Made by a program: the position numbers and the translations under genes. Positions 32,912-43,798 of a stretch of 64,000 bases of DNA are shown here, one piece after another. Location of the stretch: assembly GCA_046583365.1 (NCBI GenBank), contig JAYGCL010000077.1:3179-67178 (forward strand), given 5' to 3'. The stretch comes from Deltaproteobacteria bacterium. Its GTDB lineage: Bacteria; Desulfobacterota; Binatia; UBA1149; CAYXZP01. The notes below the pieces were generated by a model. It worked only from the letters and a program-made list of their open reading frames with translations, ran no database searches and had not been told where the DNA came from. The first letter of the stretch is position 1; every line of letters starts with the position of its first letter.

Positions 32912-34633
32912 CTAACCGTTGCGCTGCCTCCATTGGGACAGTTGCTCGGCCGGTGTGCGGTGGCTTTCGGTCTGGCTCTCGCGCCTCAACTGAGTGGCTA
33001 CGGATTGGTTGTGGCGGCGGCGGGCCGCCTTCTCGATGCTTGCTATACAGTCGCTCACAATTCGTTCGCGCATGGGTTGGTCGGAAAAGGCATCCTCAAG
33101 GAGCCTTGCGGCGATACGATCGCGCAGGTCCTCGGGAACCTCGGCCAACAATTGCCCGCGGTCAAAATCCTCCCCACGGCCGGCGCTTTCTATCATAGCA
33201 CCGAGAAGTTCTCGCCAGGTGGCGTCTTGGACGAGACTTATCACGCCGCTTTCGGCCACGCGGCCGGCCGCGGTGGGATCGGCCAGGATAACAGACACCA
33301 GAAGCTCTTCGGGCCCGGCCGCACCACCACGCGAGGCCGGCCGCCCCTGCACCGCGGCCCGTGCCGGCCTTGCCTGGCCACGCAACACCTCCTGGGAAAG
33401 CCCCGTCCAATGGGAAGCCTTACGCACAAGCAGGTCGTACTCGAAAGGGTCACGCACCTTGGCCAGCAGGCGGGCCAACTCCGCCCCCACCCTGGCCGTG
33501 GCAACCGTACCCTCCTCGGAGGTTTGCGCCAGAGACTTCAAGTAGGCATCGGCCAGGGGCACAGAGGCGGAAACGGTGGCCTCCAGGGCCTCCCGCCCTC
33601 CCTTCTTGAGCAAGGAGTCGGGGTCCTCTGAGTCGGCAATGAAGCTGGCTGAGGCCCAGATGCCGGCTTCCATAAAAACGGGAAAACTGCGGGCAGCGGC
33701 CTTCTCGCCGGCCTCGTCGCCGTCAAAAAGCGTCACCACCTCGCCCGTATAGCGTCTCATCAGACGGGCCTGTTCCACCGTCAATGCCGTCCCACAGGTG
33801 GCAAGAGAGTATTTAATGCCGGCCTGGTGGAGCGCAATCACGTCCATGTAGCCCTCTACGAGCAACACCTTGTCGCTGTCGCGCAAGGCACCTTTGGATT
33901 CAAACAGGCCGTAAAGGGCCCGGCCCTTGTGGTAGACATCGGAGTCGGGAGAGTTGAGGTACTTCGGCCCGTCATCATCGCCCACCAGTCGGCCACCGAA
34001 ACCAAGCGTACGGCCCTGACCGTCGCGGATCGGAAACATCAAGCGGCCGCGGAAGCGATCGTAATAACCACGGCTACCGCTGCCCACAAGACCCAGCTTG
34101 ACGGCCACGCCAGAATCCACTCCCTCGCGCTTCAACCAACGTACCAGCCCGTCGCCGGAGACCGGGGCGGCGCCGAGCAGGAACAACTCGATACTGTCCG
34201 GGCTGACCTCGCGGGAGCCGAGGTAGTCGAGCACACGACGACCGTCGGGAGCCTCGTTGAGAAAACGGTGAAAGTAGCGAGCGGCCGAAGCGTTGGCAGC
34301 GTACATGACCTCGCGCTGGGAGGCCGGTATGCCGCCGCCCTCGTGGGTGGGAACGTCTATGCCATAGCGGTCGGCCACCTTGGCAACCGCTTCGGGAAAG
34401 GTCAGGCGCTCGACTTCCATCAGAAACTTGAAGACGTTGCCGCCGGCACTACAGCCAAAGCAGTGATAGAAGCCCCCTTCATCGTTGACCGAGAACGACG
34501 GGGTTTTTTCAGAGTGGAAGGGGCAGAGACCCATAAGGTTCCGCCCACGACGTTTAAGATTGACGTGTAGAGAGACGAAGTCTGAGAGTTTTGCCGCTTG
34601 CCTTATCTCGTTGATCTTCTCCTCTGCTATCAC
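32912..34633 (-). CDS. dnaG: DNA primase
   Basis: [14 protein letters not shown] zinc-finger region and a TOPRIM domain ([14 protein letters not shown]), directly upstream of rpoD. Confidence 0.95.
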   Translation of the reverse strand: MIAEEKINEIRQAAKLSDFVSLHVNLKRRGRNLMGLCPFHSEKTPSFSVNDEGGFYHCFGCSAGGNVFKFLMEVERLTFPEAVAKVADRYGIDVPTHEGGGIPASQREVMYAANASAARYFHRFLNEAPDGRRVLDYLGSREVSPDSIELFLLGAAPVSGDGLVRWLKREGVDSGVAVKLGLVGSGSRGYYDRFRGRLMFPIRDGQGRTLGFGGRLVGDDDGPKYLNSPDSDVYHKGRALYGLFESKGALRDSDKVLLVEGYMDVIALHQAGIKYSLATCGTALTVEQARLMRRYTGEVVTLFDGDEAGEKAAARSFPVFMEAGIWASASFIADSEDPDSLLKKGGREALEATVSASVPLADAYLKSLAQTSEEGTVATARVGAELARLLAKVRDPFEYDLLVRKASHWTGLSQEVLRGQARPARAAVQGRPASRGGAAGPEELLVSVILADPTAAGRVAESGVISLVQDATWRELLGAMIESAGRGEDFDRGQLLAEVPEDLRDRIAARLLEDAFSDQPMRERIVSDCIASIEKAARRRHNQSVATQLRRESQTESHRTPAEQLSQWRQRNG

Positions 34634-34642
34634 GGCCGTGCG

Positions 34643-35224
34643 CTACGGCACCGCCACAGCAGTACCGCCGGTAATGACGGCAGAGACAACGGGGCCGGTC
34701 AAACCGGCCAGAGGACCGGCCAGAGTCGAAGCGGCCAGGCGCTTGTCGAAAGCCTCCACCGCAGCCCTGGCCTCGGCCGGCAGGCGGCCGCGTACATCGT
34801 CGAGAGGGGCCGTCCCATTGACCGCCAGAATCAGCGTGCCCAGCAGCAAAGCGCCCTTGAGGAGACCAAACACCCCTCCCCCTAAACGGTTGAGAGGCGA
34901 GATGCCGGCGGCCAACCACAGGCGGCGGAAAAGCCGCACAACAATACGCACAATGACTACGGTGGCTATGTACAAAATCGCAAAGGCCAGCACCACAAGC
35001 AGCCCGCCGGGGAGAAAGGCAAGGTAAGGACCGGCCCGGCCCACCAACTGCGGCCCGTAGGCAAACGCCACGGCCAGACCCGCCACAATGATGGCCAGGG
35101 ACAAAATCTCGCCGAAAAGTCCGCGCGAGTACCCACGCAGGGTAAAAAACACCACCCCCACGACCAGTCCTGCATCCACTACGCTCATCACCGCCTCCGC
35201 CGGCATACTAGCATGCCTTGACAC
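34643..35224 (-). CDS. CvpA-family membrane protein
   Basis: Four predicted TM segments, with an N-terminal VVDAGLVVGVVFFTLRGYSRGLFGEILSL pattern typical of CvpA. Alternative start at Met 35188. Confidence 0.72.
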   Translation of the reverse strand: MSRHASMPAEAVMSVVDAGLVVGVVFFTLRGYSRGLFGEILSLAIIVAGLAVAFAYGPQLVGRAGPYLAFLPGGLLVVLAFAILYIATVVIVRIVVRLFRRLWLAAGISPLNRLGGGVFGLLKGALLLGTLILAVNGTAPLDDVRGRLPAEARAAVEAFDKRLAASTLAGPLAGLTGPVVSAVITGGTAVAVP

Positions 35225-35296
35225 TGCCGGGTGAACGGCAAGACTCGGCCTTCCTCATCCAGCCGCCAAACGCCGGTGGCGGGCTCGGAATACGCA

Positions 35297-37984
35297 ATGA
35301 AAAGTCTCGTTCTGCTTGCAGCCGCACTGGCCGTCTTTAATGTTGGGTGCCAGCCGATGCCGACAAACACTCCAGATACCTACACCCTGGCCAACGGTCT
35401 GAGAGTGTTGGTGCGTGAAGACCACTTTGCTCCGGTGGTAGCCCTGCAGGTGTGGGTAAACGCCGGTGGTGCAGATGAGTCGGACGAGGAGGCCGGTGTA
35501 GCCCACGTCCACGAACACATGCTCTTCAAGGGTACCGCCCGCCGGGGCCTCGGCGACATCGCCCGTACCGTTGAGGGTGCCGGCGGACGCATCAACGCCT
35601 GGACTTCCTGGGACCAGACCGTCTACCACATCGTTCTGGCCTCGCGTCACGCCGAGTTGGGGCTGGACGTGTTGGCCGATGCCGTGCGCAATTCGTCTTT
35701 CGACAAAGATGAATTGGAAAAAGAACTGCGGGTGGTAATGGAGGAATGGCGTCGTGGCCAGGACCGGCCCGGCTCAAGGCTTTTTCATTCCCTGTTTGAT
35801 ACGGCTTTCGACCTCCACCCCTACCGCCGTCCCGTAATCGGCACCGAGGAGTCCATCAACGGACTCAGCCGGGAAAAAATCCTGGATTTTTACGCCCGCC
35901 ACTACGCTCCCAACAACATGACCCTGGTAGTGGTCGGCGACGTTGAGACGACGGAGATCAAGGAAACCGTCGATAGGCTGTTCGGGGATTTCGAAAGACG
36001 GCAGCGGGATACGGTTGTGCGGCCGGCAGAACCAGAGCAGACCGGAGTCAGGTTCGAGTCGGGACGCATGGACGTTGAAGAAGCCCACCTCGGACTGGGT
36101 TTCCACATACCCTCGGCCTCCCATGCCGATGCAGCGGCCCTCGACCTTCTCTCTTTCGTACTCGGTGGCGGCGAAAGCTCGCGACTCTACCGCCGCCTGG
36201 TGGCCGATGAAGAGTTGGCTACCGACACCGGCACCTTTGCCTACACCCCTCCCGACCCGGGGATATTCGTGGTTACCGCTTCCCTTGAAGCCGACCGTAT
36301 CCAGGACTCCTATGCCGCCATCATCGAAGAGATCGCCCGCGTGTCCCAGCAGCCCCCGAGCCAGGAAGAGCTGGACCGGGCCCGCCTCAATCTGGAAAGC
36401 GATTTTATCTTCCGCCGCGAGACCGTACAGGGACAGGCCCGCGAACTTGGCTACGCCCTTACCACCCACAACGACCCAAACTACGATCGCGTCTATATAG
36501 AGAGGCTGGCCATGGCCACGCCCGAGACCCTCAGAGACCTGGCCGCCACCTACCTGCGCCGCGACAACATGTCGGTGGTAACCGTACTGCCACAGCAGGC
36601 AGCCGCCCAACTCAGCCTGGAAACGGTCACCACTGGCGCCGAGGCCATAGCGGGCCCGGCCCCGGCAATTAACGCACAAAAATCCGACAACGGCCGGCCA
36701 AAAGCCCAAGCCACAACGGCGGCCGACTCTCCCGAGCCCCAAGGCCAACCAAAACTCATCCGCCTTTCCAACGGCGTGCGTCTTATTGTGCACGAGCACC
36801 ACGAGGTCCCGGTCTTTTCCGTGCGCGCGGCGGTACGTGCCGGCGTATTGGCTGAGACGGACGCAACAAACGGGATCTCCAACTTTACGGCCGAAATGCT
36901 TACCCGCGGTACACACAAACTTGACCGCCGTGGGTTTGCCGCCGCCGTAGAATCGCTGGCGGGCTCGGTCGGCGGCTTTTCCGGACGCAACTCGATGGGG
37001 TTGGCCGGAGCCTTCCTGTCCGAACGCTTCGACCAAGGCATGGCACTTTTTCTCGAATCCCTTCTCGAGCCGGCTTTCTCACCGCAAGAAGTAGAAAAGG
37101 CCCGCCGCGAACTGTTGCTGGCCATCAAACACCGCAACGACAACAGCTCACGGGTGGCCTTCGACATGGCCTTTGCCCAGGTCTACCCCGACCACCCCTA
37201 CGGCATGACCACGCTCGGACAAGAGCAAAGCGTGGCAGCGATTTCCAGAGACGACCTGGTCTCTTTCTACAAGGACATGCTTGACCCCGGCAACCTGGTC
37301 ATCACGGTGGTGGGAGACATCGACGAGGAGGCCGTGGTCGAGACCATCGAGGCTGCCCTTGCCGGCTTAAAGCCCAGTCGGCGGCCCTTTGAACTGCCGG
37401 CACCGGCCACACCGCCGACCTCGGTACGCCAGATCCGCCACACCACCTCTCGCCACCAGTCACACATAGTCCTGGCCTACCCGAGCGTGGATGTGCTCGA
37501 CCCCGACCGTTACCCCCTGGCCGTACTCGACATGATACTTTCCGGCCAGAGCGGACGGCTCTTCGATCAACTGCGCGACCGCCAGAGCCTGGCCTACAGT
37601 GTGAGCGCGTTTGTCACCAAGGGCCTTACCCCGGGCGTGCTGGGTGCCTACATAGGCACCGACCCGGCCAACACCGAGGCCGCCCTGGCCGGCCTGCTCG
37701 GCCAGCTTGAGGATATCGGCAGCCAGGAACCCACGGCTGCAGAAATGGAAAGGGCGAAGCGTTACCTCATAGGCTCCCAGGAGATCGGATTGCAAAGCAA
37801 CTCGGCGATGGCCGAAGACATGACCTTTAACGAGCTCTACGGTCTGGGCTACCTGGCAAGCCGCGACTATCCCGAGCGCATAAACGCAGTCACGGCGGCC
37901 GAGGTTGTAAGGGTGGCAAGCAAGTACTTCAACCCCGCCATCAGGGCCGAGGTGGTGGTGGGACCGCAAGACGACGCGGATTAG
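35297..37984 (+). CDS. fused double M16 (pitrilysin/insulinase-like) zinc peptidase, probable lipoprotein
   Basis: [11 protein letters not shown] (HxxEH) in the first half and a second M16 unit in the second half. The N-terminus from the Met at 35297 is [18 protein letters not shown] (lipobox). Confidence 0.88.
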   Translation: MKSLVLLAAALAVFNVGCQPMPTNTPDTYTLANGLRVLVREDHFAPVVALQVWVNAGGADESDEEAGVAHVHEHMLFKGTARRGLGDIARTVEGAGGRINAWTSWDQTVYHIVLASRHAELGLDVLADAVRNSSFDKDELEKELRVVMEEWRRGQDRPGSRLFHSLFDTAFDLHPYRRPVIGTEESINGLSREKILDFYARHYAPNNMTLVVVGDVETTEIKETVDRLFGDFERRQRDTVVRPAEPEQTGVRFESGRMDVEEAHLGLGFHIPSASHADAAALDLLSFVLGGGESSRLYRRLVADEELATDTGTFAYTPPDPGIFVVTASLEADRIQDSYAAIIEEIARVSQQPPSQEELDRARLNLESDFIFRRETVQGQARELGYALTTHNDPNYDRVYIERLAMATPETLRDLAATYLRRDNMSVVTVLPQQAAAQLSLETVTTGAEAIAGPAPAINAQKSDNGRPKAQATTAADSPEPQGQPKLIRLSNGVRLIVHEHHEVPVFSVRAAVRAGVLAETDATNGISNFTAEMLTRGTHKLDRRGFAAAVESLAGSVGGFSGRNSMGLAGAFLSERFDQGMALFLESLLEPAFSPQEVEKARRELLLAIKHRNDNSSRVAFDMAFAQVYPDHPYGMTTLGQEQSVAAISRDDLVSFYKDMLDPGNLVITVVGDIDEEAVVETIEAALAGLKPSRRPFELPAPATPPTSVRQIRHTTSRHQSHIVLAYPSVDVLDPDRYPLAVLDMILSGQSGRLFDQLRDRQSLAYSVSAFVTKGLTPGVLGAYIGTDPANTEAALAGLLGQLEDIGSQEPTAAEMERAKRYLIGSQEIGLQSNSAMAEDMTFNELYGLGYLASRDYPERINAVTAAEVVRVASKYFNPAIRAEVVVGPQDDAD

Positions 37985-38778
37985 GCCTGCCCGGGGTGGT
38001 CGGTAAACAGCATCTGTACGCCCAGGCTTTTAATACGTTTGATTTCCGACTCCTCGTTTACCGTCCACACCCCGACCCCAAGACCCGCTCGGTGGGCGCG
38101 CTCGACCAGGGCCCGGTCGGTGACCGCAACGTGAGGATTTATGAGTTCCGCCCCAAGCCGCCCGGCCACCGTGAAGGCCTCTTCCATATTCTTCGGGACC
38201 GACAGTACGGCAATGCGGGCACCGGCAAACAGACTGCGCAGTTGGTCAAGGGCCGTGTAGTCGAAGGAGGAAAATACGACTTCATCGGCCAGGCCTTTTT
38301 CGATAACGGCGGCCACCGTCTTCTCGACCAGCACCGAGGTTTCGGTCGGGCTGGCCGCATCGCTACGTCTGGGTTTGAGTTCTATGTTCATAAGACCTTG
38401 CCCGCCCAGCGTCGATAGCGTCGTCTCCAGGCTCGGAATCCGGCAACCGCCAAAGTCCGAACCAAACCAGGAGCCCGCGTCCAGACCGGCAAGGTCGGCA
38501 AAATTCTGCTCTGCCAGCACACCGCTGCCGCTGCTGGTCCGGCCCAACACTTCATCGTGGAAAACCACCACCACCCGGTCGCGGGTCAGTTGCACATCAA
38601 ACTCAACCCCGTCGGCACCCAGCTCCATGGCCAACTGGAAAGCCTCCAGGGTATTCTCGGGCCTCAAGGCCGAGGCCCCGCGGTGGGCTATTACAAGAGG
38701 GCCGACCATGGCGGTAAAGCTAGCAGTCTGCGACAAAAGGTCCAGGCTGGACGTAAGCCGGCCGGCCCCCCATGACAT
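37981..38778 (-). CDS. glycerophosphodiester phosphodiesterase
   Basis: [19 protein letters not shown]...[14 protein letters not shown]...FHD (GDPD family). The true start is possibly the internal Met ([11 protein letters not shown]). Confidence 0.88.
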   Translation of the reverse strand: MSWGAGRLTSSLDLLSQTASFTAMVGPLVIAHRGASALRPENTLEAFQLAMELGADGVEFDVQLTRDRVVVVFHDEVLGRTSSGSGVLAEQNFADLAGLDAGSWFGSDFGGCRIPSLETTLSTLGGQGLMNIELKPRRSDAASPTETSVLVEKTVAAVIEKGLADEVVFSSFDYTALDQLRSLFAGARIAVLSVPKNMEEAFTVAGRLGAELINPHVAVTDRALVERAHRAGLGVGVWTVNEESEIKRIKSLGVQMLFTDHPGQA

Positions 38779-38852
38779 CTCGCGTCAAGCCTCAGGACCG
38801 GCCGGTGTCGGCCGGGATTGAGTATTCGCGCCTACCTCTGGTAGAAAACGCC

Positions 38853-39653
38853 ATGCTCACGGCCACGGCAACCGCCCCCCTTCCCAAGACCAGGATCTAC
38901 GTGGATCCGGAGAAACTCGGAGCCGACCGCGCGGTTTTGACCGAGTCGAGCTTTCACCATCTGAAGCACGTCCTGCGGGCCACACCGGGGTACGAGCTTA
39001 TCGTTTTTGACGGCTGTGGACGCGAAGTCGTGGGTGTTCTCGAAGTATACCAGGGAGAGACCGCCGTGGTGCGTGTACTTGGCGACACCGGCGCCAGCAC
39101 CGAATCTTCTCTCAAGCTGACCATCGCCCCCTGCCTGGCCAAGGGCAAGAAAATCGATCTGGTTGTAGAGAAGGCCGTCGAGTTGGGAGCCGATCGAATA
39201 TCCGTGGTCACATCCAAACGCAGCATCGCATTCCCGAGCAAGGATGCCGCTCTGCACCGAGTCGAGCGTTGGCGCCGTATCGCAGTGGCCGCAGCCGAGC
39301 AGTCCGGGCGTACCCACGTTCCTGTGGTCGAACGCATCCGCCCCATCGAGGAGGTCTTGCGTTCCAAGACCGACGACACCCTTGGACTGGTGTTCACGGT
39401 CGGCGCCGACCCGGACCCTCCGGCCACGCTGCGGCAGCGTTACCCTAACACCCACAGCGTAATCGCCATCATCGGTCCCGAGGGGGGACTCAACCCCGAA
39501 GAAATCGCGACCGCTCGCTCCCACGGTTTTATCGATGTGGGCCTTGGCCCCCGGGTACTGCGCAGCGAAACCGCGGCCATCGTAGCCGCCGCCGTCTGCC
39601 AGCACCTGTGGGGAGACCTCGGCCGCAAGCCCCCCCCGGGCGGCCAGAAATAG
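38853..39653 (+). CDS. rsmE: 16S rRNA (uracil1498-N3)-methyltransferase
   Basis: RIYVDPE..., KGKKIDLVVEKAVELGA, IIGPEGGLNPEEI. The start is taken at the internal Met; the track ORF starts at 38772. Confidence 0.85.
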   Translation: MLTATATAPLPKTRIYVDPEKLGADRAVLTESSFHHLKHVLRATPGYELIVFDGCGREVVGVLEVYQGETAVVRVLGDTGASTESSLKLTIAPCLAKGKKIDLVVEKAVELGADRISVVTSKRSIAFPSKDAALHRVERWRRIAVAAAEQSGRTHVPVVERIRPIEEVLRSKTDDTLGLVFTVGADPDPPATLRQRYPNTHSVIAIIGPEGGLNPEEIATARSHGFIDVGLGPRVLRSETAAIVAAAVCQHLWGDLGRKPPPGGQK

Positions 39654-39657
39654 ACCG

Positions 39658-40608
39658 GTGCGCTTCCTGTATGTGATGGACCCCATCGAAGGGGTCGACA
39701 TAACAAAGGACACCTCTTTCCTCTTCCTCACCGAGAGCCAGCGACGGGGTCACGAGAATTTCTACTGCCACACCCGTGACCTGAGCGTGGTAGAGGCGCA
39801 AGTGCGGGCTCGCTCGGCACCGCTTCGGGTGCGCCCCGTCCAGGGCGAGCACTACGAGATCGGCCCCTACCAAAGCCGCGGCGCGGAAGAGTTTGATTGC
39901 GTGTTAATGCGCAAGGATCCGCCCTTTGACACCGACTTTTTCTTTGCAACCCACCTGCTGAGCCTCATCGACCCGGCCTCAACCCTGGTCTTCAACCACG
40001 CCCGGGGATTGCGAGAGGCCAGCGAGAAACTGTTTATCCTGCGCTTCCCCGATCTCATCGCCGAGACCATAGTGAGCGCGGCCACAGACGAGATCTTGTC
40101 GTTTCGTCAACAAGTGGGCGGTGACGTAGTTGTAAAGCCGCTTGACGGTTGCGGCGGCATGGGGATTTTCCGCATCGCACCGGGGGACCTCAATACCCAC
40201 TCGATCATTGAGACGGTAACGGCCCGGGGACAACGGCCGGCAATGGTGCAGCGTTTCCTGCCCGAGTCGCGCAACGGCGACAAGAGGCTCATCTACATTG
40301 ACGGCCGTGCCGTCGGCTGCATGACGAGAATACCAAAGAGCGACGACCTGCGCAGCAACATCCACGTGGGCGGCGACTGCGTGGCCTCGGACATCAACCG
40401 CCGCGACGAAGAGATTTGCCGCCGCCTGGCCCCCACCCTGGACGGTCTGGGCATCTACTTTGCCGGCCTCGATATAATCGGCGGCTACCTGACCGAGGTC
40501 AACGTAACCAGCCCCACTGGCGTTCAAGAGGTAAACCGGCTAAGTGGCACCAAGTTGGAGGCCGAGGTCATAGACCTGGTTGAACAACGCTGCCAGGAGT
40601 TAAAATGA
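39658..40608 (+). CDS. gshB: glutathione synthetase (prokaryotic ATP-grasp type)
   Basis: MRFLYVMDPIEGVDITKDTSF..., VVKPLDGCGGMGIF, GDKRLIYIDG, LTEVNVTSPTG. Confidence 0.92.
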   Translation: MRFLYVMDPIEGVDITKDTSFLFLTESQRRGHENFYCHTRDLSVVEAQVRARSAPLRVRPVQGEHYEIGPYQSRGAEEFDCVLMRKDPPFDTDFFFATHLLSLIDPASTLVFNHARGLREASEKLFILRFPDLIAETIVSAATDEILSFRQQVGGDVVVKPLDGCGGMGIFRIAPGDLNTHSIIETVTARGQRPAMVQRFLPESRNGDKRLIYIDGRAVGCMTRIPKSDDLRSNIHVGGDCVASDINRRDEEICRRLAPTLDGLGIYFAGLDIIGGYLTEVNVTSPTGVQEVNRLSGTKLEAEVIDLVEQRCQELK

Positions 40609-41576
40609 AAAAACCCACGCTCGCCCTGACCAGTGCCATCGGCGTCCTTGCCTTACTGTGCCTGGGTGCGGCACCGACAGACAAGGCTCCCGAGCAGAGG
40701 CGTTTTCTGTTCACCTACAATCTGGTTCTGCACCCCCCCCAGGACGCGACCAGGATTGAGGCCTGGATCCCCGTGCCCAGCAACATCCCGGGCCAGAGCA
40801 TCGGCAAGGTTACCTTTGAGACCTCGGCCGACTACCGCTTCACCTCCGAACCGGCCTATGGAAACCACATGGTACACCTGGTGGTAGAGGGGCCGGCCGC
40901 CGGGCCCATAGAAGCCTCCATGACGGTGGAAGTCACCCGCCACGAGTACCGTGGAACAAACAGCGGCCAACCCCACCCACGCTACCTTATGGCAAACAAG
41001 CTGGTCCCCACCGACGGTCTGGTAGCCCGCCTGTCTACCCAGACCATAGAGAAGGCCGCAGCCACGACCGACATGGAAAAGGCCAGGGCCATCTACGAGT
41101 ACGTTACCCGCACGGTAAGCTACGATAAGTCGGGCACCGGTTGGGGGCGCGGCGACGCCCTGTTTGCCTGTGATGCCAAGAAGGGCAACTGCACGGACTT
41201 TCACGCCCTCTTCATCGCCATGACCAGGGCGGCCGGAATTCCCGCACGCTTTGAAATCGGCTTCCCCTTAAAGGAGGAGCTCAGTGCAGGGACCGTGGGC
41301 GGGTACCACTGTTGGGCTGAATTCTACATAAAAGGCCGGGGCTGGATTCCGGTGGATTCGTCCGAGGCCCACAAGGACCCCACACGCCACGAGTACTACT
41401 TCGGAGCCCTCGACCCCCACCGTGTCGAGTTCACCAAGGGACGAGACCTGGTACTGAGCCCCCCGCAAAAGGGAGAGCCCCTTAACTACTTCGTCTACCC
41501 TTACATAGAGATTGACGGCAAGCCGCTGCAAGACCTGGACCGGGTCAAGCTTAAGTTCTCCTACAAAAACGTGTGA
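40605..41576 (+). CDS. secreted transglutaminase-like (cysteine protease fold) protein
   Basis: Signal peptide, and a KKGNCTDFHALFIAMTRAAGIPAR core with downstream H and D residues (HCWAEFY...VDSS). ATGA overlap with the gshB stop. Confidence 0.8.
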   Translation: MKKPTLALTSAIGVLALLCLGAAPTDKAPEQRRFLFTYNLVLHPPQDATRIEAWIPVPSNIPGQSIGKVTFETSADYRFTSEPAYGNHMVHLVVEGPAAGPIEASMTVEVTRHEYRGTNSGQPHPRYLMANKLVPTDGLVARLSTQTIEKAAATTDMEKARAIYEYVTRTVSYDKSGTGWGRGDALFACDAKKGNCTDFHALFIAMTRAAGIPARFEIGFPLKEELSAGTVGGYHCWAEFYIKGRGWIPVDSSEAHKDPTRHEYYFGALDPHRVEFTKGRDLVLSPPQKGEPLNYFVYPYIEIDGKPLQDLDRVKLKFSYKNV

Positions 41577-41583
41577 GATCCCC

Positions 41584-42072
41584 ATGGACGATCTTTCCCA
41601 GCTGGAGTCCCGCCTCCAACGCCTCGAAGACATAGAAGAGATCAAGCAACTCAAACACCGCTACCTGCGCTGCCTGGACACCAAGCAGTGGGACGGGTTG
41701 GCCGAGACACTGTGTGAGGATGCCACCACGTCTTATGCCGACGGCGAGTATTCGTTTAAGGGCCGCGACAAGATCGTGGGCTTTTTAAAGTCTACGCCAC
41801 TGGCCGCCAAGGACGGGTTGATAGGCGTCCACCACTGCCAACAGCCCGAGATTGAGATCACCGGCCCGACTACGGCCCGCGGCACCTGGGCCCTGTACAA
41901 CTACCTCCTGCACAAAAAAGAAGGCATGGGACTGAGGTTGTGCGCCTTCTACTACGACGAGTATGAGAAAGTGGACGGGCAGTGGAAGATAAAAGCCACC
42001 GGCTACAAACGCATTTTCGAGGAAACCTGGAAGCGCTCGGACATACCCAGCCTCACCCTTCTCAAAGGTTAA
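41584..42072 (+). CDS. SnoaL/NTF2-like fold protein
   Basis: MDDLSQLESRLQRLEDIEEIKQLKHRYLRCLDTKQWD... is typical of SnoaL_4/NTF2-like proteins. The start is taken at the internal Met. Confidence 0.6.
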   Translation: MDDLSQLESRLQRLEDIEEIKQLKHRYLRCLDTKQWDGLAETLCEDATTSYADGEYSFKGRDKIVGFLKSTPLAAKDGLIGVHHCQQPEIEITGPTTARGTWALYNYLLHKKEGMGLRLCAFYYDEYEKVDGQWKIKATGYKRIFEETWKRSDIPSLTLLKG

Positions 42073-42173
42073 GCGCCGCCGCTCTGCGGCCGGTTTGACC
42101 ACCACCACAGGCGGCGATAGAGAAAGCGACCGGGTGGTTTGTCGCCCATTGCCATCCTGAACAGGCCCGGTGT

Positions 42174-42249
<76 letters not shown>

Positions 42250-42287
42250 CGTGGCAGCCCTCGGCGCCCTCTGAAGGAGAACATTCC

Positions 42288-43133
42288 ATGCCTGCCACAA
42301 AACCGCCGCGCTGTCTCGGCATCGGCCTGTTTTATAACGACGAGGACATGGTCCGTGATGCGTTGGATCACCTGCTTGAGAACAACCACGACCTGGTGGT
42401 GTGGGACCACGGCTCCACAGACGGGACCGCGGCAGTCCTGGACGAATACAACTCACACTTCGTGGAACGGTTGTTCCTGCCGCGTGAGTTCGACTTCTAC
42501 AAGCTTTTCGAGACCGTGTCGCGCCACGTGCTTAAAAACTACACGAGCAAATACGACTGGATCTCTTTCCCCGAATCCGATGAAATCCTCGAGGGTCCCG
42601 ATCGCAGCAAGTCTTACTACGAGTACATCCGGGAAGTTTACGACTCGCCCTACGACTGGGTCCAGTTCAACAACATGGTGTACTGGTTCACTTCCGAGGA
42701 CGACCCATCCATCACCCTGCCTGTGCAACGCGTGCGTCGTTATTGCATCTGGGCCGACTGCCCACCGCGCGTTTACGCGTGGCGTTCCTCAGCAATGAAC
42801 ATTCGCAAATTCAACCATAATGCGGCCAACGGCGAGAAGTATCCGCTACACTTCAACACCTGCCATTATCAAATGCGCAGTGAAGAACAGATGAAAAAGC
42901 GTATCCGCGACCGCATGGGCCTGCGAAAGGGAGGCAAGAACTTCCACTTCGACTACATGGCCAGAAACATTTCCGGCCTGTATGTAAAGCCCGAAGACCT
43001 ACACTACGACGACCGAAAATCGGATCTCAACCTCAAGGAAATTTTCGACTGGAGTGCGGTTTACGGCAGCTACGATCAGTTGTGTGAGCAGCTCAAGGAA
43101 GAAAGCTCGTCATGGTTCAAGAGAGCTAGGTAA
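42288..43133 (+). CDS. glycosyltransferase family 2-like protein
   Basis: IGLFYNDEDMVRDALDHLLENNHDLVVWDHGSTDGT and a PESDE acidic motif (GT-A fold). GGAG lies 8 nt upstream of ATG 42288. The track ORF start (42189) overlaps the tRNA. Confidence 0.68.
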   Translation: MPATKPPRCLGIGLFYNDEDMVRDALDHLLENNHDLVVWDHGSTDGTAAVLDEYNSHFVERLFLPREFDFYKLFETVSRHVLKNYTSKYDWISFPESDEILEGPDRSKSYYEYIREVYDSPYDWVQFNNMVYWFTSEDDPSITLPVQRVRRYCIWADCPPRVYAWRSSAMNIRKFNHNAANGEKYPLHFNTCHYQMRSEEQMKKRIRDRMGLRKGGKNFHFDYMARNISGLYVKPEDLHYDDRKSDLNLKEIFDWSAVYGSYDQLCEQLKEESSSWFKRAR

Positions 43134-43798
43134 TGGTTCCTCAGGGCAGTCACGCCGGCGAGTCACCCGCCGGGCTGAATCTTGATCTCAACGGCGTCGA
43201 GTCGTCCTACCGCTCTTCTCACCTGGGCTCCCTTCTGTATGGATTGGTTCGCTCCCACGCCCCCCGTCTGGTCGTGGAGCTGGGCACCTACCACGGCTAC
43301 GCCGCCCTGCATTTTGCTGCGGCCCTTCGCGACAATATGAACCCTCATAGCCGTTTGCACCTCATCGACCTGTGGAATAGCTATCCCTATCGTCACTGCT
43401 CCATGGAAACGACCCAAGACAACTTCGCACGCAACAACCTGCTCGACCTGCCCCATTGCGAAGTCTCCTTTAAGGAAGGCGACGCTTTCCAGAGTTCCAG
43501 TGACTATAAAGATGGAACCATAGATCTTCTCCATATCGATGTTTCCAATACCGGCGACAAGCTCAAGCAACTTCTCGAGCTGTGGGCTCCAAAAATGACA
43601 CCGACCCCCAACGCCCTTATCATCGTTGAAGGGGGCTCTAAAGAACGCGATGAAGTCGCCTGGATGGTCGAGCACCAGATGTCTCCCATCCAGGGTCTCT
43701 TGTCTTCGCAGTGGCTTACCGAGCGATTTTCCTACTTCTGCTTCCAACCGTTCCCCTCTTTGTGCGTGCTGAGGTGTCGCAATGATTCCGCTGCATAA
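43133..43798 (+). CDS. class I SAM-dependent methyltransferase
   Basis: Motif I VVELGTYHGYAALHFA, LIDLW, LLHIDVS (Methyltransf_24-like pattern). The start overlaps the stop of the preceding gene. Confidence 0.72.
   Translation: MVPQGSHAGESPAGLNLDLNGVESSYRSSHLGSLLYGLVRSHAPRLVVELGTYHGYAALHFAAALRDNMNPHSRLHLIDLWNSYPYRHCSMETTQDNFARNNLLDLPHCEVSFKEGDAFQSSSDYKDGTIDLLHIDVSNTGDKLKQLLELWAPKMTPTPNALIIVEGGSKERDEVAWMVEHQMSPIQGLLSSQWLTERFSYFCFQPFPSLCVLRCRNDSAA

Noticed and set aside
35225-35296. Strand-switch point (cvpA divergent from the M16 peptidase) as a possible replication origin
   Set aside because: The intergenic region is only about 70 bp, is GC-rich, and has no DnaA boxes or AT-rich repeats.
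35774-37036. 420-aa minus-strand ORF
   Set aside because: Antisense to the M16 peptidase gene, which has a clear HxxEH motif. A shadow ORF.
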